Shown here one piece after another: positions 61,301 to 64,000 of a DNA stretch of 64,000 bases. The stretch lies in contig ML992509.1 in NCBI GenBank assembly GCA_010093995.1, positions 103,588 through 167,587 of the forward strand, in the 5' to 3' direction. Within the stretch, counting starts at the first letter, position 1. Each line of letters begins with the position of its first letter. Made by a program: the position numbers and the translations under genes. The DNA is from Elsinoe ampelina (lineage: Eukaryota). The notes under the pieces were generated by a model, which searched no databases, was not told the DNA's origin, and saw only the letters and a list, made by a program, of their open reading frames with translations.

Positions 61301-62967
61301 TGGACGACCCTCGAAGCTTCCGCGATCTGAGCAAGCCGATGGGCTGCCAACATCCATCAAGGGAGGCCGACTATCGTGAACGGTACCAGTCGTTTGCGGA
61401 CATGGGGGAAGAAAATCCATTTCACTACGGCACGCACTACTCGTCTGCCATGATCGTCTCATCGTATCTGATCAGGCTGCAACCGTTTGTGCAGTCCTAC
61501 CTTCTCCTTCAAGGAGGCAGCTTCGATCATGCTGATCGACTGTTCGACTCCATCGAGAGAACCTGGCAGTCTGCTTCGAAACAGAACGTTGCAGATGTGA
61601 GGGAGCTCACCCCCGAATTTTACTATCTTCCGGAGTTTTTGACGAATATAAATGGTTATGAATTTGGCATAAAGGAGGGCACTGGACAAGCGATCAACGA
61701 CGTACAATTACCCGCTTGGGCAAAAGGCGACCATCATCTTTTCATCAGAAAGCATCGCGAGGCGTTGGAGTCACCTTACGTATCAGAGCATCTTCACGAG
61801 TGGATCGACTTGATCTTTGGGTATAAACAGAAAGGGGAAGCTGCAATGGACGCAACCAACTTATTCCATCCTTTGTCGTACCACGGGGCCAAGGACCTCG
61901 ATGCCATTGACGACCCGATAGAGCGACTCGCCACTATTGGCATCATCCATAATTTTGGACAAACTCCTCACCAAGTGTTTACTCGACCACACCCACGGCG
62001 TGAAGCTGATCGATTTGCCACGTCTCGTCTCGACACACTCGCCGAGACCCTCACCAAGCTTCCCAAGCCCGCAGCAGAACTGCCTTCGCGAGTAACCTCC
62101 ATTCTCCTGCCTACACAGCACAAGCTCCTCACTGCCGGACCCGCCAAAGTCTACGCCCCTCCTCACGGCCGTTTTTTCGTCCAATACCTCTATTCCGACT
62201 TCTCCCTCCGCTTCTTCGACAGCGACACCCGCAAACTCCTCGGCCTCTATGAAGCGCTCCACATCGGGCCCATATCCACCGCCCTCTTCCTGGACTCCCA
62301 CACCCTCCTCACCGGCGGCGCAGACAGCACCATCGGCATCTTCGGCCTCTCCCGCACAACCAACGACAACATCGACCTCCGTCCTCGCACGTACCTCCAC
62401 GGCCACCGCGCCCCGATCACCCACCTCTCCACCGCGCGAGCCTTCGCCACGCTCCTCTCCTCGGACAGCGACGGCCGCGTCATAATCTGGGACATCAACC
62501 GCTTCGACAGCCTGCACCTCCTCCGCACACCCTCCCTCCCCGCGCCCTCGGCCCTCGAAATTTCCGATCTGACAGGCCACATCCTCCTGGCAACCCTCAA
62601 CATGGCACACCTGTACACGCTCAACGGCCACCTCCTCCTGTCGCAGCGCATATGCGACGCGGACGACAGCATCACCTGCGCCGCTTTCTACGAGGGCACG
62701 GCGGGCGGCGGCGGGGAGTGGGTGAAAGACACGGTGCTGTTCACGGGCCACAAGAGAGGGGTGGTCAAGACGTGGGTGCTCACGAATTTGCGGGACGGGG
62801 AGTGGCATTTGCAGTTGGTGAGGCAGCTGAATTGCGCCGAGGCCGGGAGGGAGGGTGTCGCGGGCGCGGTGTCTTGTCTGAAGGTGGGGGAGAGGGGGGT
62901 TTGGGTCGGGGATGAGGAGGGGAGGGTCACGGGTTTTGGGGTGAATGTGGCGCATGGGAGGAGGTAG
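55360..62967 (+). CDS. BPH1: BEACH-domain protein (ConA-like, PH-BEACH, WD40), Bph1-like, 2535 aa
   Basis: [92 protein letters not shown]; C-terminal WD repeats. Confidence 0.95.
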   Translation: [2535 protein letters not shown]

Positions 62968-63243
62968 ACAGTGGTATTTGGGTTGGGAGATGATAGGGAG
63001 GGGGGATGGCGGTGGGCTGAGATTGGACGAGGGTGCGGATGGACAGAAGTAATTCAGGGATGGAAGGGGTTGTTCATGCAGTTTGGATTTCGCAAATGCA
63101 CACAATGTTCAGAGAAAGTCTGTCGACGTTCAAAAGAGACCCCTGTGCTCCATGCCGTGAAACGTCAATGGTATCTAATACGCCGAGTGTGCATTCTCCC
63201 ATCATGTCGTCGTGTAAATCATTTCCAGTCTCGAGACGAACAC

Positions 63244-64000
63244 CTAGTCCTCTCCTGCCTGTCCTTGAACTTCTCCTTCTTGCATTATTCCCAACCCGAC
63301 ATCTTCCTGCTTTTCCCTTTTCAGCACGAATCTCCTGGGAGCGTCCATCAGACCTGGCCAAATGTCTCGTGGTAGCCAGTCGCCTGTCTCTTTGACGAAC
63401 TGGTTCCGCATGTCTGCGTCTTCTGCGTGGAGCGCCTCGATGTCCCGCATGGCTCTTTCTGCAATCTTCCTTTGTTTGGCTTCGACCATCTTTCGCCTTT
63501 CTACTTCTCTTAGCAAGGACGCATATGAGGCTAGGAAGGAGTCGTAGAACTGTGACAGCTCGTTCAGGGCAGCGATCTTGGTGTGCATCGTGTTGCGGAT
63601 CGAAGCCCATTTGTCGCGGAAGGAGAGCGGGGCGGAAATGCACTGCGGGAGGAGCGATGTGGAGAGGGAAGCCAGAGTCTCGAGGACGGCTTGGAGGAGA
63701 TTGAAGCGACGTTTTGAGACGTCGGTGAGAGACTGGAGAGCGGACAGAGTCAGGCCCATTTCGTCAGCACGTTCCCGGATCTCAAGCACAACGTCCTCGA
63801 CTTGGGCAGCATCATGAGTGAGGACGGAGAGCATCTCGACGCGTTCATCTTCGGAGATGGGAGCCCTGTTTGCTTCTGCGGTAGCACCGGCGTAGAGAGA
63901 CGCCTCAGTAGGAGAGTCGGCGCCGCTGCTGAGCGGATTGGTATCGGTGGAGTCGGCAGCGGCACGGGCAGCCTCGCCTCCACCTTCTGTATGCTTGAGG
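63244..64000 (-). CDS. ATG17: Autophagy-related protein 17, 3' part (gene continues beyond the window)
   Basis: LNELSQFYDSFLASYASLLREVERRK...MRNQFVKETGDWLPRDIWPGL matches the Atg17 C-terminal signature. Confidence 0.85.
   Translation of the reverse strand, partial: LKHTEGGGEAARAAADSTDTNPLSSGADSPTEASLYAGATAEANRAPISEDERVEMLSVLTHDAAQVEDVVLEIRERADEMGLTLSALQSLTDVSKRRFNLLQAVLETLASLSTSLLPQCISAPLSFRDKWASIRNTMHTKIAALNELSQFYDSFLASYASLLREVERRKMVEAKQRKIAERAMRDIEALHAEDADMRNQFVKETGDWLPRDIWPGLMDAPRRFVLKREKQEDVGLGIMQEGEVQGQAGED

Noticed and set aside
61861..63105. 414-aa antisense ORF (likewise 53073-53798, 37600-38487 and 7889-8527)
   Set aside because: Antisense or off-frame shadows of strongly biased real genes; no recognisable domains.

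Overview
Filamentous ascomycete genomic DNA (Pezizomycotina; short GT-AG introns with CTRAC branch points and strong RIP point to a Dothideomycete-like fungus, which is an inference). Positions 1-~900 are a RIP-degraded Tc1/mariner transposase. Positions 1.1-8.5 kb hold five host genes: UPF0390-like, PTH11-like receptor, a hypothetical, a MARVEL-like membrane protein and NOP16. Positions 8879-27292 are an AT-rich RIP block: a minus-strand Ty1/copia element (259-bp LTRs, CCAAG target duplication) with a 13.1-kb plus-strand chromodomain Ty3/gypsy element nested inside it (222-bp LTRs, CTATA target duplication) that carries about 4 kb of extra coding-like sequence. The rest is gene-dense: peroxisomal 4CL-like acyl-CoA ligase, nudE, ACC1, three small paralogous membrane-microprotein genes, an isochorismatase-fold chimera, an Frm2/Hbn1 nitroreductase, a large hypothetical gene, vacuolar subtilisin, a BEACH protein and the 3' end of ATG17. 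Top leads: (1) a BED-like zinc finger + AT-hook protein fused to an apparently inactive biuret-hydrolase-like domain, a candidate ligand-sensing transcription factor; (2) a tandem trio of intron-containing single-TM microproteins not resolved by the ORF track; (3) a 1103-codon frame broken by one in-frame TAG; (4) the unexplained cargo ORF of the gypsy element. All family calls come from motif recognition by eye; no searches were run.
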